NCBI GenBank assembly: GCA_016196825.1
Contig: JACPWY010000055.1
Coordinates: 70 to 64,069 of the forward strand
Reading direction: 5' to 3'
DNA from: Deltaproteobacteria bacterium
GTDB taxonomy: Bacteria; Bdellovibrionota; FAC87; UBA2466
Length of the DNA stretch: 64,000 bases
The translations under genes and the position numbers were made by a program. The notes beneath the pieces are model-generated. The model made no database searches. It was not told where the DNA came from and was given only the letters and a program-made list of their open reading frames with translations. Below are positions 8,634-18,077 of this stretch, piece by piece (positions within the stretch are counted from its first letter, which is position 1; each line of letters begins with the position of its first letter).

Positions 8634-10850
8634 TCAGCCGTCTTTTTTCTGAACGCGTTCGACCGAGATCACACCTTCAACGCCTTCGAGGGCGCGGATG
8701 ATCTTTGAAAGATGCGGCAAATCCTGGATCGCCACCCCAAAGGTGCAGACCGCTTTCTTGTCTTTCGTCGTTCCCACGGTTGCGCGGCTGATGTTGGTGT
8801 CGAGCTCCTTGATCACGCGGCTCATGTCGGCGAGGAGTCCCGGCCGATCCTCGCACAACACTCGCACCTTGACGATCCGCTCGGCCCTCTTCGACACATC
8901 CCAGTCGATATCGACGAGACGGTGAGGATCGGTGTCAAAGACCTTCGGGCATTTTCGGGAGTGGACGCTGATGCCGCGGCCACGCGTGATGAAGCCGACC
9001 ACGCTGTCCCCCGGCACCGGGTTGCAGCAGCGGGCGAAGCGGACGAGGATGTCATCGACCCCCTTCACCTTCACAACCTGGCGCTCCTGATTCTTTCTTT
9101 TTGCCTCTTGAAAGATCTTCTGAAGAGGCGATTCGGGGCTAGCCGTCAGCGCCTCGCCCTCGGGCTGGATCTTGGTGAGGATCTTTCTCACGCTGATCTT
9201 GCCATATCCGACAGCGCTCATGAGGTCGTCCACCGATTTCAGAGAAAACTCTTCGGCGACCCGCAGGAGTGTGCCGTCCTTCTGCAGTGTCTTGAGCTTC
9301 AGATTCTCGCGCTTGAGCTCCCTATCAAGGACCATCTCGCCCATCGTTTTCGATTTCTCATGCTCGGCGCTTTTAATGAACTGACGAATCTTGTTTTTGG
9401 AGCGCGAGGTGCGGACGATCTTGAGCCAATCCTTGTTGGGCTTCTGATTGGGCGAGGTGATGATCTCAACGGTATCACCGCTTTTCAGCTTATGCTTGAG
9501 CGGCACAATGCGGCCGTTGACTTTGGCGCCGATGCAGCGGTGGCCCAGATCCGTGTGAACCGCGTAGGCGAAATCGAGCGGCGTGGACCCTTGGGGAAAC
9601 TCCATCACCTGCCCTTTCGGCGTGAAGACATAAACATCTTCCGCGAAGAGATCGAGCTTCACCGTCTCTAAGAACTCATTGGGGTCGGAGAGATCGCGGT
9701 TCCATTCGATGAGTCTCGTGAGCCATCCGAACTTCTCCTGGTCCTTATCGGTATCCTTCCCGAGGCTGACATTTTCTTTGTAGGCCCAGTGGGCAGCAAT
9801 TCCGCGTTCAGCGGTATCGTGCATTTCATGGGTGCGAATCTGGATCTCAATGCGTTCGCCCCCGGGGCCGACGACCGTCGTATGCAAGGACTGATAAAAA
9901 TTGGCCTTGGGAATGGCAATGTAATCCTTGAACCGCCCCGGCACCGGCGTCCACAAGGAGTGCAAGAGCCCCAGAACCGCGTAGCACTGCTCGACCGTAT
10001 CCACGAGCACGCGGAAACCGGTAATGTCATAAACCTGATCGTATGAAACGTTCCGTTTCTCCATCTTTTTGTGGATGGAATAGAAATGCTTCGGGCGGCC
10101 GGTGACGTTAGCCGAGCCGTAACCGTGCTGCGCGAGCGTGCTCTGGATGAGCGCCTGCACATCGACAGTGTATTGCTCGCGCTCCTTCATCTTCTTACTC
10201 ACCTGCGAAACGAGGCGGTAGTAGATCTCGGGCTTTGTGAAACGGAGCGAGAGATCCTCCAGCTCACGTTTCAAGGAAGACAATCCCAGGCGATTGGCGA
10301 GTGGACTGTAGATATCCAAAGTCTCCTGCGCGATCTTCACCTGCTTCTCGGGCTTCAAGTGCTGGAGCGTGCGCATGTTGTGGAGGCGATCGGCGATTTT
10401 TACGATGATCACGCGCAGGTCCTTCGCCATTGCGAGGATCATCTTGCGAAAATTCTCGGCCTGCTTCTCCTCGCTGGTCTGGAACGTGATCTGGGAGATT
10501 TTGGTGACGCCATCGACAAGCACCGCGATATCATGGCCGAAGTTGGCCTCAATCTCCGCCAGAGTCGCGCGCGTGTCTTCGACGGTGTCGTGCAAAAGAC
10601 CCGTCACAATCGTCGTCGTGTCGAGCTTGAGCTCGGCGAGGATCCGCGCCACTTCAAGCGGGTGCTGAATATAGGGCTCGCCGCTCGAACGCTTTTGATC
10701 CTGGTGGGCGCCGGCGGAGAAGTGGAACGCCTTCTCGATCAGGGCCGTGTCGGACTTTGGGCTGATCTGTTTCACCGTATTGATGAGTGACTTTAGTGCG
10801 GCAACTGGCTCGAAAGGCGGAGGAGTATTTTGCGTCGTTGTTACTGACAT
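8634..10850 (-). CDS. rel: bifunctional (p)ppGpp synthetase/hydrolase RelA/SpoT family
   Basis: HD hydrolase motif (HDTVEDT), synthetase region, TGS and C-terminal ACT-like region are present. The likely start is MSVTTTQNT at 10850; the track extends to 10934, overlapping gmk. Confidence 0.9.
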   Translation of the reverse strand: MSVTTTQNTPPPFEPVAALKSLINTVKQISPKSDTALIEKAFHFSAGAHQDQKRSSGEPYIQHPLEVARILAELKLDTTTIVTGLLHDTVEDTRATLAEIEANFGHDIAVLVDGVTKISQITFQTSEEKQAENFRKMILAMAKDLRVIIVKIADRLHNMRTLQHLKPEKQVKIAQETLDIYSPLANRLGLSSLKRELEDLSLRFTKPEIYYRLVSQVSKKMKEREQYTVDVQALIQSTLAQHGYGSANVTGRPKHFYSIHKKMEKRNVSYDQVYDITGFRVLVDTVEQCYAVLGLLHSLWTPVPGRFKDYIAIPKANFYQSLHTTVVGPGGERIEIQIRTHEMHDTAERGIAAHWAYKENVSLGKDTDKDQEKFGWLTRLIEWNRDLSDPNEFLETVKLDLFAEDVYVFTPKGQVMEFPQGSTPLDFAYAVHTDLGHRCIGAKVNGRIVPLKHKLKSGDTVEIITSPNQKPNKDWLKIVRTSRSKNKIRQFIKSAEHEKSKTMGEMVLDRELKRENLKLKTLQKDGTLLRVAEEFSLKSVDDLMSAVGYGKISVRKILTKIQPEGEALTASPESPLQKIFQEAKRKNQERQVVKVKGVDDILVRFARCCNPVPGDSVVGFITRGRGISVHSRKCPKVFDTDPHRLVDIDWDVSKRAERIVKVRVLCEDRPGLLADMSRVIKELDTNISRATVGTTKDKKAVCTFGVAIQDLPHLSKIIRALEGVEGVISVERVQKKDG

Positions 10851-11431
10851 TCTTTCCTGAAGATGCTTTGGAGTTCCTTGTAGGCCCGGTCCAGCTGGTC
10901 GTTCAAAATCTGGTAGTCGAAGATCCTGCTCCATTCGACTTCATTGTAGGCATTGCGCAAACGCGTTTCAATAGCCTGCGGGCTGTCGCCCTTGCGATCC
11001 ACCAGTCTTTTCTCGAGCTCCTTCATCGACGGTGGGTGGATGAAAATGAGCAAAACCCGGTCGCCATAGGCCTTTTGCAGGCTCTTAGCGCCCTGTACGT
11101 CGATATCAAAAAGGACATGCTTTCCATTTGTTAACGCCTTTTCGATCTGCTCGCGGGAGGACCCATAAAAATTACGATGGACCTCGGCCCATTCGGCAAA
11201 ATTGCCCGCCGTCTGCTGGGCCTTGAACTCGTCGGGAGTCACAAAAAAATAGTGAACTCCTTGAGTTTCGTTAGGTCTTTGGGGCCGAGTTGTCGTCGAA
11301 ATGGAGAGCTGGACCGTGGGGAACTCCTTGAGGAGCCTCTCACAGAGTGTGGTCTTCCCAGCGCCCGAGGGGGCTGAAAGAATGATGAGGCGAGGAAGAG
11401 GTGTCTTCGATGTTCTACGAGACAAACTCAC
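10841..11431 (-). CDS. gmk: guanylate kinase
   Basis: P-loop SAPSGAGKTTL and overall guanylate-kinase pattern. It sits in the conserved position next to remA/yicC. Confidence 0.88.
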   Translation of the reverse strand: MSLSRRTSKTPLPRLIILSAPSGAGKTTLCERLLKEFPTVQLSISTTTRPQRPNETQGVHYFFVTPDEFKAQQTAGNFAEWAEVHRNFYGSSREQIEKALTNGKHVLFDIDVQGAKSLQKAYGDRVLLIFIHPPSMKELEKRLVDRKGDSPQAIETRLRNAYNEVEWSRIFDYQILNDQLDRAYKELQSIFRKECQ

Positions 11432-11741
11432 CCTCCTCCAGCTCCTGCCTTGAAAGCGCAGATTGGAGGGGCGCGACTTTGAAACGTTCCTGCAGCGTGG
11501 TCGACAGCACGCTTGTCACAACCACGTGGCCGGAATCGAGCACAATGAGCGACTTCTCTCGGCGCCCAGCAGACGCATCGATGAGCCGATTCTCTTGCTC
11601 GGCCCTATTGCGCATGCGGCGCACTGGCGACGAATTGATCTCCTGAATCGCCACGATGCGATCACAGGGCAGGTAGTTTTTGAATCCAACGTCCAAAGTG
11701 TTCCCCTGGTTCAAACGGAATGCCTTAAACTTATTCGACAT
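11415..11741 (-). CDS. remA: RemA/DUF370 family protein
   Basis: VGFKNYLPCDRIVAIQEINSSPVRRMRNRAEQENRLIDASAGRREKSLIVLDSGHVVVTSVLSTTLQERF is collinear with RemA/YlzA (IGFGN...RxIaIvsPeSaPikR...LIDATyGRrTRavIitDSdHviLSa...ET.asRF). It lies in the conserved yicC-remA-gmk synteny. Confidence 0.75.
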   Translation of the reverse strand: MSNKFKAFRLNQGNTLDVGFKNYLPCDRIVAIQEINSSPVRRMRNRAEQENRLIDASAGRREKSLIVLDSGHVVVTSVLSTTLQERFKVAPLQSALSRQELEEGEFVS

Positions 11742-12615
11742 TTTGCGCCTGCTCCCTTAGCTTTTCGATCGCATGCTTCGCTTCGATAACGCTTTGCGAA
11801 ATCCTCGTTGAAGCGACCTTGGCTCCGAGCGTGTTCACCTCACGATTGATCTCCTGCAACAGAAAATCGAGCTTCCGGCCGACGCTCCCCTGATCCTTGA
11901 GAGCAGCCCGGAAGGCCCCGAGGTGGTGCGCGAGACGATCGAGCTCCTCCGAGACATCCGCCTTGTCGGCCAACAGTGCCAGCTCGAGCTCAAGGCGCTG
12001 CGAGTCAATCCCTTCGAGCTTCCATTTTTTCAGTCGGGCCGTGAGCCGCTCATGGATGAGTTGGGGTTGATCAACGGAAGCCTTGAGGATGCGATCGGCG
12101 ATCTCTTGGAGATCATTGATTCCAGAAAGAAGAATCTCGGAAAGCCGTTGGCCCTCGCTTTCGCGCATCTTCGAGAGAGCCTGAAGACCCTTTTCGACGA
12201 TGCCTTTGATGTCAGTGAAGATCGCTTCGTCCTTCTCTTCTTCGGTGGCAACGACGACCCGGGCGGTGCTGATGACCGCTTCCGCTGTGAGGGCGATCGG
12301 GGTGCCGGCGGCTTTGGAAACCTTTTCTAAGGACTGCAGAAGGCTCCTGAGAGCCAGCTCATCCACGATAAATCGGGAGACGCCTTTGATAGCTCCCTGC
12401 TTCGGGGCAAGACGTGTGCGAATCGAGAGCTCGAAGGATCCGCGCTCAAAGCGGGAGCGGAGGAGTTCGTTCAGGGGAATTTCAAGTGAAGACAGGGCCG
12501 ACGGAAGCCGAAACCGGGCCTCAAGATACCGATGGTTCACACTTTTTGATTCAAACGTATAGTGGGTGTCGCCGACCGTTCCATCCGAACGGCCAAAGCC
12601 GGTCATTGATCTCAT
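11731..12615 (-). CDS. yicC: YicC/YloC family stress-induced protein
   Basis: The N-terminus MRSMTGFGRSDG is the hallmark of the YicC family (TIGR00255). Length is 294 aa. Confidence 0.8.
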   Translation of the reverse strand: MRSMTGFGRSDGTVGDTHYTFESKSVNHRYLEARFRLPSALSSLEIPLNELLRSRFERGSFELSIRTRLAPKQGAIKGVSRFIVDELALRSLLQSLEKVSKAAGTPIALTAEAVISTARVVVATEEEKDEAIFTDIKGIVEKGLQALSKMRESEGQRLSEILLSGINDLQEIADRILKASVDQPQLIHERLTARLKKWKLEGIDSQRLELELALLADKADVSEELDRLAHHLGAFRAALKDQGSVGRKLDFLLQEINREVNTLGAKVASTRISQSVIEAKHAIEKLREQAQNVE

Positions 12616-13556
12616 GGTGGGGTCTCCAGAGCGTATTTGAGGTTTTCCACCTCTAGGGCGACGCGATCGAGATCGCGCGAATCGACGTAGCGAATCTCCG
12701 GGTCGCTCCTCAGCCAGGTGATCTGACGCTTCGCCAGCCGGCGAGTCTTCTCGATGATCTCATTCCTGAGCTGCTTATCCGTGAGTTCTTTCGAGAGGAA
12801 GCGAGCCGCTTCGTTGTATCCGATGCAAGAGAGAGAGCGAGTCTTGGGATACTTTTGCAAAAGGGCGCGCGCCTCATCCACTAGGCCGGTCATGAGCATA
12901 GTTTCCGTTCGTCGAGTGATGTTGTTGGTGAGGACACGGCGAGAGACCGCCATGGCATACTTCATCCAAAGACGCGATGACTGCTCGGGAGAGACACGTT
13001 CGGGTTTGAGCTCGCTCGGTTTCTGTTTGTAGTGTTTCAGAATAGCGAGAGCGCGAACGAGGCGATAACGATCGTTGGGGTGGATCTTCTCTGCCGCGGC
13101 AGGGTCCTGTGACTTGAGATTGGCGTACATCTTCTCGCCATCGAGCGTTTCATCGATCGTGTATTCATTTTCGATCGCCTCGATCTCGACCGCCGAGACA
13201 AACACATTCTGGTACATGCCGTGCTGTAGGGCCCGGAGGTAAAAATAGGTTCCCCCCACCACGATGGGGAGCTTTCCACGGGATGCAATCTCCGTAATGC
13301 TGCTCTCGGCCTGTTCCACAAAATGGTAGGCCGAAAAATTTTCATCGGGGTTCAGGACATCGAGTAGGTGGTGGCGCACCCGTTCCCGCTCCTCGCGAGA
13401 GGGCTTACTCGTGCCGATGTCGAGCTCGCGATAGACCGTCGAGGAATCAAGGCAAACAATTTCGCCGCCCAGACGCGCGGCCACCTCAATGGCAAAGGCC
13501 GACTTGCCGGAGGCGGTGGGGCCCAGTATAGCGAGGGTGAGGTGGCGGCTCTTCAT
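12612..13556 (-). CDS. miaA: tRNA dimethylallyltransferase
   Basis: The N-terminal P-loop ILGPTASGKSAFAIEVA, followed by LDSSTVYRELDIGTSKP, is typical of MiaA. Confidence 0.88.
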   Translation of the reverse strand: MKSRHLTLAILGPTASGKSAFAIEVAARLGGEIVCLDSSTVYRELDIGTSKPSREERERVRHHLLDVLNPDENFSAYHFVEQAESSITEIASRGKLPIVVGGTYFYLRALQHGMYQNVFVSAVEIEAIENEYTIDETLDGEKMYANLKSQDPAAAEKIHPNDRYRLVRALAILKHYKQKPSELKPERVSPEQSSRLWMKYAMAVSRRVLTNNITRRTETMLMTGLVDEARALLQKYPKTRSLSCIGYNEAARFLSKELTDKQLRNEIIEKTRRLAKRQITWLRSDPEIRYVDSRDLDRVALEVENLKYALETPP

Positions 13557-15349
13557 ATTCTTTGAAAATACCTCTTCATCTCCCCAAAGCTCAACCGGAA
13601 GAGTACGGGGCGGCCATGAGGGCAGGTCCAGCCCATTTCGAGGTCCTTCAGGTAATTCATCAGCGAACGGGCCTCGGTGTCGCTCAGACGCTGATTCGCG
13701 CGGACCACGCTGTGGCAGGCCACGGTCGCGAGATAGGGCCGGAGAATTTTTTCCTTGAGCCGTGAGGCATCCTCTTCACTGAGACAGAGGCGGAGTGTTT
13801 CAAGAAGTGTTCTCTCGGCCTCGGATTCGCTCAGGACCTGTGGAATTGATCGGATTGCCACATCACAGCCGCCAATCGATTCGACCTCCATGCCGAGCTC
13901 GGAGAGAAGGGGAAGGGCGACCTCGGCGATGGCCGTGAGATCGGGTGGAAGAGAGATGACCTTGGGCACCAATAGCGATTGTGTGGGTTGCCGCCCCACC
14001 GCGGCCGAGGCCATGAGCTCTTCAAAACGAAATTTTTCATGGAGAGCGTGTTGATCGACGAGGAGAAGGCCTTCATCGTCCTCGCATACCAGATAGGCCG
14101 CATCCGCCTGGCCGAGGTAGCGCACCGAAGAGGGCTCGATCACTGGAACGGGCTGGTACATTGCCGATCGCGGTCCAGAAACTCCGGGGACAACCAAATT
14201 TTCCGCCTCCGACACGTACTGGTGCACCGCCTCTAAAACTGGCGGCGCAAAGAGATCCGGCTCGGGGCTGGACATAGGAATCTCACTCAACAAAGGCGAA
14301 GACTCCTCTTTGTTCCCCCCTGCGGAACTGCGCCGGGCAAGCCAGGTTTTGGGGAGAGCCTCGGTGATTTTTTTGGGCGGTTGGGAGAGGTGCTTACGGA
14401 TAGAGGCCACGATCCAGCTGTAGAGGATCTCACCTTTTAAGATGCGGACCTCGGATTTTTGGGGGTGAACGTTTACATCGACCCAGTCGGCGCGGATGTC
14501 GATGAAGAGCGCGCCGCTTGGGTCGTGGTGGGGTCCGAGGGTGTCGATGTAGGCGCTGCGCACGGCGCTCATGAGATTGCGGTTTCTAACGCTGCGACCG
14601 TTCACATATACGAAGAGCTCACCCCGATCATTGATTGTGTGCGCTGGCGAGAGAAACCCTTCGAGCTCGATGCCCTCCGTGCTCTCTTTCAAACAGAGTG
14701 GTTCCCAATCAACTTTGAGGCATTCCCGCACCCGATCGGCCCGTGAATCGCTCACGTAGGATTTTGGAGTGCCTCCATTGTGCGACACAAAAAAGGAGAC
14801 GCTCGGGTTCCCGAGGGCGATCTCTTTCAAAATCTTTTGGCAGTGAGCAAGCTCCGTGGAGTGGCTGCGCAGAAACTTTTGCCGCGCCGGAAGTTTTTCA
14901 AAAAGACGGGTGACCGTAATGGTGGTCCCCTCCTTTTGACCGACCGGCTGAGCGGCCCCCTTTACCTCACCAAACTCCACAGCGATCTTATGGCCCAGGC
15001 TCTCGCCCCGGCGCCTACTCTGAATCGTGAGATGGCCTACCGCCGCGATGCTTGAAAGCGCCTCGCCGCGAAACCCGAAGGTCTCAATCGCCTCGAGGCA
15101 ATCGGCATCCACAATCTTGCTGGTCGCGTGGCGCTCGATGCAAAGAATGAGGTCCTCGCCTGTCATCCCCTCACCATCATCGATGATCTCGATGAGATCC
15201 GTACCGCCTTCACCCAGACGGACGTCCACCCGCCTGGCGCCGGCGTCGATGGCATTTTCCACGAGCTCCTTGAGTACACTCGCCGGCCTTTCGACAACTT
15301 CGCCCGCAGCGATAAGGTTAATAAGGTGGTCAGGAAGGCGCCGAATCAT
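13553..15349 (-). CDS. mutL: DNA mismatch repair protein MutL
   Basis: GHKL ATPase N-terminus: IRRLPDHLINLIAAGEVVERPASVLKELVENAIDAG. Length is 598 aa. Confidence 0.9.
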   Translation of the reverse strand: MIRRLPDHLINLIAAGEVVERPASVLKELVENAIDAGARRVDVRLGEGGTDLIEIIDDGEGMTGEDLILCIERHATSKIVDADCLEAIETFGFRGEALSSIAAVGHLTIQSRRRGESLGHKIAVEFGEVKGAAQPVGQKEGTTITVTRLFEKLPARQKFLRSHSTELAHCQKILKEIALGNPSVSFFVSHNGGTPKSYVSDSRADRVRECLKVDWEPLCLKESTEGIELEGFLSPAHTINDRGELFVYVNGRSVRNRNLMSAVRSAYIDTLGPHHDPSGALFIDIRADWVDVNVHPQKSEVRILKGEILYSWIVASIRKHLSQPPKKITEALPKTWLARRSSAGGNKEESSPLLSEIPMSSPEPDLFAPPVLEAVHQYVSEAENLVVPGVSGPRSAMYQPVPVIEPSSVRYLGQADAAYLVCEDDEGLLLVDQHALHEKFRFEELMASAAVGRQPTQSLLVPKVISLPPDLTAIAEVALPLLSELGMEVESIGGCDVAIRSIPQVLSESEAERTLLETLRLCLSEEDASRLKEKILRPYLATVACHSVVRANQRLSDTEARSLMNYLKDLEMGWTCPHGRPVLFRLSFGEMKRYFQRI

Positions 15350-15446
15350 GAAGTGTGAAACGGTATCAACACAACCAAAATGCCGTCAAACAACTTGGCA
15401 GAAAAGGGGGGTAATCCCTCAGCTCGGTTGAATTTGGCCAGAGGGA

Positions 15447-15704
15447 TTACACGTTGGGCACCGGAGGCATGTCCTCGACTTCGCCCTCTATCGTACGCCC
15501 ACCCGGAGGCACCGGAGCGCGGCCACCCACCGAGTCATCCGTATCGTGAGCGCCATCGTTGGGGCCCACACCGGGATTATGCGCTACAAGACCCCCGCCG
15601 TCGGTGCACTGGTTGCACCCCCCACGCTTTGCCTTCATCGACCGACAACCCAAGCCGAGCGTGGCAAATAGACCTATCGCAATCCAAAGTATGACCGTTT
15701 TCAT
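15447..15704 (-). CDS. small secreted/lipoprotein-like hypothetical protein
   Basis: Internal ATG (rc at 15702-15704) gives MKTVILWIAIGLFATLGLGC. The mature part is Gly/Cys-rich. The track ORF extends to 15791. Confidence 0.45.
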   Translation of the reverse strand: MKTVILWIAIGLFATLGLGCRSMKAKRGGCNQCTDGGGLVAHNPGVGPNDGAHDTDDSVGGRAPVPPGGRTIEGEVEDMPPVPNV

Positions 15705-15909
15705 CGATCCCCCTAACGGTAGTGAATACAAGAAACATGCCGGGGGTTTAGGCATGCGTATACAGGAAGTGCGCGTAGGGGTTTTGGGCACGCGAATTCT
15801 CGGTTTGGCGGTAGCTTAAAAAATGGCGCGCGGGCGTGTAGGGACTACCGGCGCAATCTTCGTCTTCCAAACTGTGAAGAGGCACCAAGTTACTTTTCAG
15901 CCGCGACTG

Positions 15910-15937
15910 TTGACATAACTATACACATTGATATACA
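15910..15937 (+). promoter_or_regulatory. sigma70-like promoter (TTGACA-16-TATACA) with overlapping direct repeats (atacac) immediately upstream of the TA operon; transcript nearly leaderless
   Basis: TTGACA at 15910-15915 and TATACA at 15932-15937. The antitoxin ATG is at 15946, with no Shine-Dalgarno between them. The atacac motif is repeated, a possible operator. Confidence 0.4.
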
Positions 15938-15945
15938 CTCCACAC

Positions 15946-16212
15946 ATGAAGGTCAACGCCCTCCAGGTTCGGCAGTCGTTTGGGAAGATTCTTAAGAAGC
16001 TTATTGCCTCCGATGAACCCATCATCATTGAGAAGGGGCGTTTGCCAGTGGCCGTCTTGATCTCTCTCAAGACGTTTCAGGAACGTTTTATTGACTACCG
16101 TGAGCAGCAGAAAAAAGAGGCGGTCCTGGAGAGATTCAAAAAGGCCGCAGTGGAATCCAAGACAGACTCTCTCAAAGCGCTCCGCGAGCTCCGCTATGGT
16201 TCGGATCGTTGA
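15946..16212 (+). CDS. type II antitoxin, Phd/YefM-like
   Basis: 88 aa: MKVNALQVRQSFGKILKKLIASDEPIIIEKGRLPVAVLISLKTFQERF... This is a Phd/YefM-like N-terminus. Its stop overlaps the downstream PIN gene. Confidence 0.65.
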   Translation: MKVNALQVRQSFGKILKKLIASDEPIIIEKGRLPVAVLISLKTFQERFIDYREQQKKEAVLERFKKAAVESKTDSLKALRELRYGSDR

Positions 16213-16606
16213 CGCATCGGTAGCGATCAAGTGGTTCATCGAAGAACCCGGGCACGAAGTGGCCATTGCCATGCTCGAGGAGCTCATTGAAAAACCGAGA
16301 AACTTCGCCGTTCCGGAACTATTCTTTTTTGAGCTATTTCACGTATTCCACAGGATTCTGCCCCGAGCTACGAACGAACAGTTTGACCTGTTGACCACGG
16401 TCGTTGAATTACCCATTCAACGATTCTCGATGACCCGCGAACTTCTTGAGGCCTGCAGTGAGTTTCAGAAGATGGGCTTGTCGGGGTACGACAGCGCTTA
16501 TGTCGGACTCGCCAAAGTCTTAAAGGGCCAATGGGTAACCTTTGATTCGAAAGCCCACGCCGTCGTCAGGCACACCAACCTTTCCAAGCTCCTCTTAGCG
16601 CAGTAA
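16196..16606 (+). CDS. vapC: PIN-domain toxin VapC
   Basis: MVRIVDASVAIKWFIEE... carries the conserved PIN Asp near the N-terminus. The later acidic residues and GYDSAYV... are typical of VapC. It has a 17-nt overlap with the antitoxin. Confidence 0.7.
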   Translation: MVRIVDASVAIKWFIEEPGHEVAIAMLEELIEKPRNFAVPELFFFELFHVFHRILPRATNEQFDLLTTVVELPIQRFSMTRELLEACSEFQKMGLSGYDSAYVGLAKVLKGQWVTFDSKAHAVVRHTNLSKLLLAQ

Positions 16607-16739
16607 CCCCGCTGGCGAGAACGCACTAAGGAGGCCCCCCAGGCGGGCCTGTAGGCCCGTCGGGGACGGCGACTGCGGAGGACGAAGTCCAGCGGGCCTT
16701 GCAGCCGCCAGGCATGGATCTTTCTCGATGCGTCCCTGT

Positions 16740-17924
16740 TTAGCTCCAGCCGCCCCATGGAACGAGAGCAACCCCGTCATTCTCCTTGGGAGGAACAAAA
16801 TTTTCGATTGGTCCCACGAGCATCCCATAGGGGCTTTTCAATTTCTTCATTGCGCCGCGGATGGAACGCTCTTCCCATGAGAGGCGTTTCTGCATCTGGG
16901 ACAGTGAAGAAACAATGCGAATGGGAATATCCTCTACAATATAATCGACGGGAGAGCCTTGAGCTGATTTGTAGTAGCAGGCATCGATCCTGTTTCCAGC
17001 ATAACTGTGAAGGCATCGCCACTCATTCCATAGAAAATGCCTGACTAAAGTCAGCGTTGCCCCCTCTCCCATGACCTTCTTCATGAGAAAGGCCGAAAGC
17101 CCGGCATCCATGAATTGCCAGGCCTCTTTGCCAATCCCGCTTGGGTGGCACCGATGCCGGTACAAGAGAAAAATCGTTTCCATACCGGAGAGGTACCGTC
17201 GAACGGTGCTCGCGGGTTCTTTGAAGTGTTTCAGAGTGGGAAGTTCACCGTCTGCCAAGACCTTCCCCATTTGTCGTACGAGTGAAAAAGCGATTTCAGC
17301 GTCATAATTTTTTTTGAGAACCCGGCCCAGATCTCGGTAAAGCGTAGTTTCAAGCCACGAAGTCCAATACAGATTTCGTTGTTCGTCTGATCGAGCAAAC
17401 GCCGGCACGGGCATTCCCCCCAATGCCAGATCTTGACTGATCTTCTCTGCTGACACACGCGGTTTTAGACCCTTCCAGGGCTCCAAAAACTGCGCCGGTC
17501 GAACTGGCAGTTGGTTGCGTTCCGCGAAGTTCAGAGGGTGCAGTTCCAAAATACCAATACGGCCCGTAAGACTCTCTCGAATGCCAACCTGATCAGAAAA
17601 AGACGTCGACCCGGTGATCAGGTAACTCCCCGGGAGCTTTTTCTTGTCCACCACCCTCTTAAGCTCGTCGAATATCGCCGGAACTTTTTGAACCTCATCG
17701 ATGAGGGCTGGTGTGCCGAGCCGAGCAACGAATGTCTTGATTGATCCCACGGCCTCTTCTCTAATTTCAGCGTCATCAAACGTGTAGTCACGTCCATTGG
17801 GGAGAAGCAACTTGGCCAAAGTAGTCTTGCCGCACTGCCGAGGCCCAATAATTCCGGTGACCGGCCAATAAGAGAAAAGCTTCTTCAGCTGCTCCAAGGC
17901 GAAACGGTCTCTAAAATGAGGCAC
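16740..17924 (-). CDS. AAA+ superfamily ATPase (COG1373 / DUF4143 type)
   Basis: Walker A GPRQCGKTTLAKLL near the N-terminus. Length about 394 aa with a C-terminal DUF4143-like region. Confidence 0.65.
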   Translation of the reverse strand: MPHFRDRFALEQLKKLFSYWPVTGIIGPRQCGKTTLAKLLLPNGRDYTFDDAEIREEAVGSIKTFVARLGTPALIDEVQKVPAIFDELKRVVDKKKLPGSYLITGSTSFSDQVGIRESLTGRIGILELHPLNFAERNQLPVRPAQFLEPWKGLKPRVSAEKISQDLALGGMPVPAFARSDEQRNLYWTSWLETTLYRDLGRVLKKNYDAEIAFSLVRQMGKVLADGELPTLKHFKEPASTVRRYLSGMETIFLLYRHRCHPSGIGKEAWQFMDAGLSAFLMKKVMGEGATLTLVRHFLWNEWRCLHSYAGNRIDACYYKSAQGSPVDYIVEDIPIRIVSSLSQMQKRLSWEERSIRGAMKKLKSPYGMLVGPIENFVPPKENDGVALVPWGGWS

Positions 17925-18025
17925 CCTCTAATAATGCCTATAATAAATATCATTTGCAATATGCTTATTATATGCATTATTGTTCGGATATCGTTATTAT
18001 TCAGAGATGGCACGGATTAGGCGTA

Positions 18026-18077
18026 GGTACCTGCTACCGTGCTTTTCGGCCGAAAAGTAACTTGGTACCTGCTAGCG
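18026..18077. repeat. two 14-bp direct repeats (ggtacctgcta[c/g]cg) flanking a 16-bp perfect palindrome cttttcggccgaaaag (18042-18057)
   Basis: Direct reading. It lies in the AT-rich gap between the GGDEF gene end (18072) and the AAA ATPase start (17924). Confidence 0.6.

Noticed and set aside
16620-16740. GC-rich segment after vapC (ggcccgtcggggacggc...) as a possible tRNA or ncRNA.
   Set aside because: It does not fold into a cloverleaf and has no conserved tRNA elements. It is more likely a structured 3' UTR or terminator region, and support was too weak to annotate.
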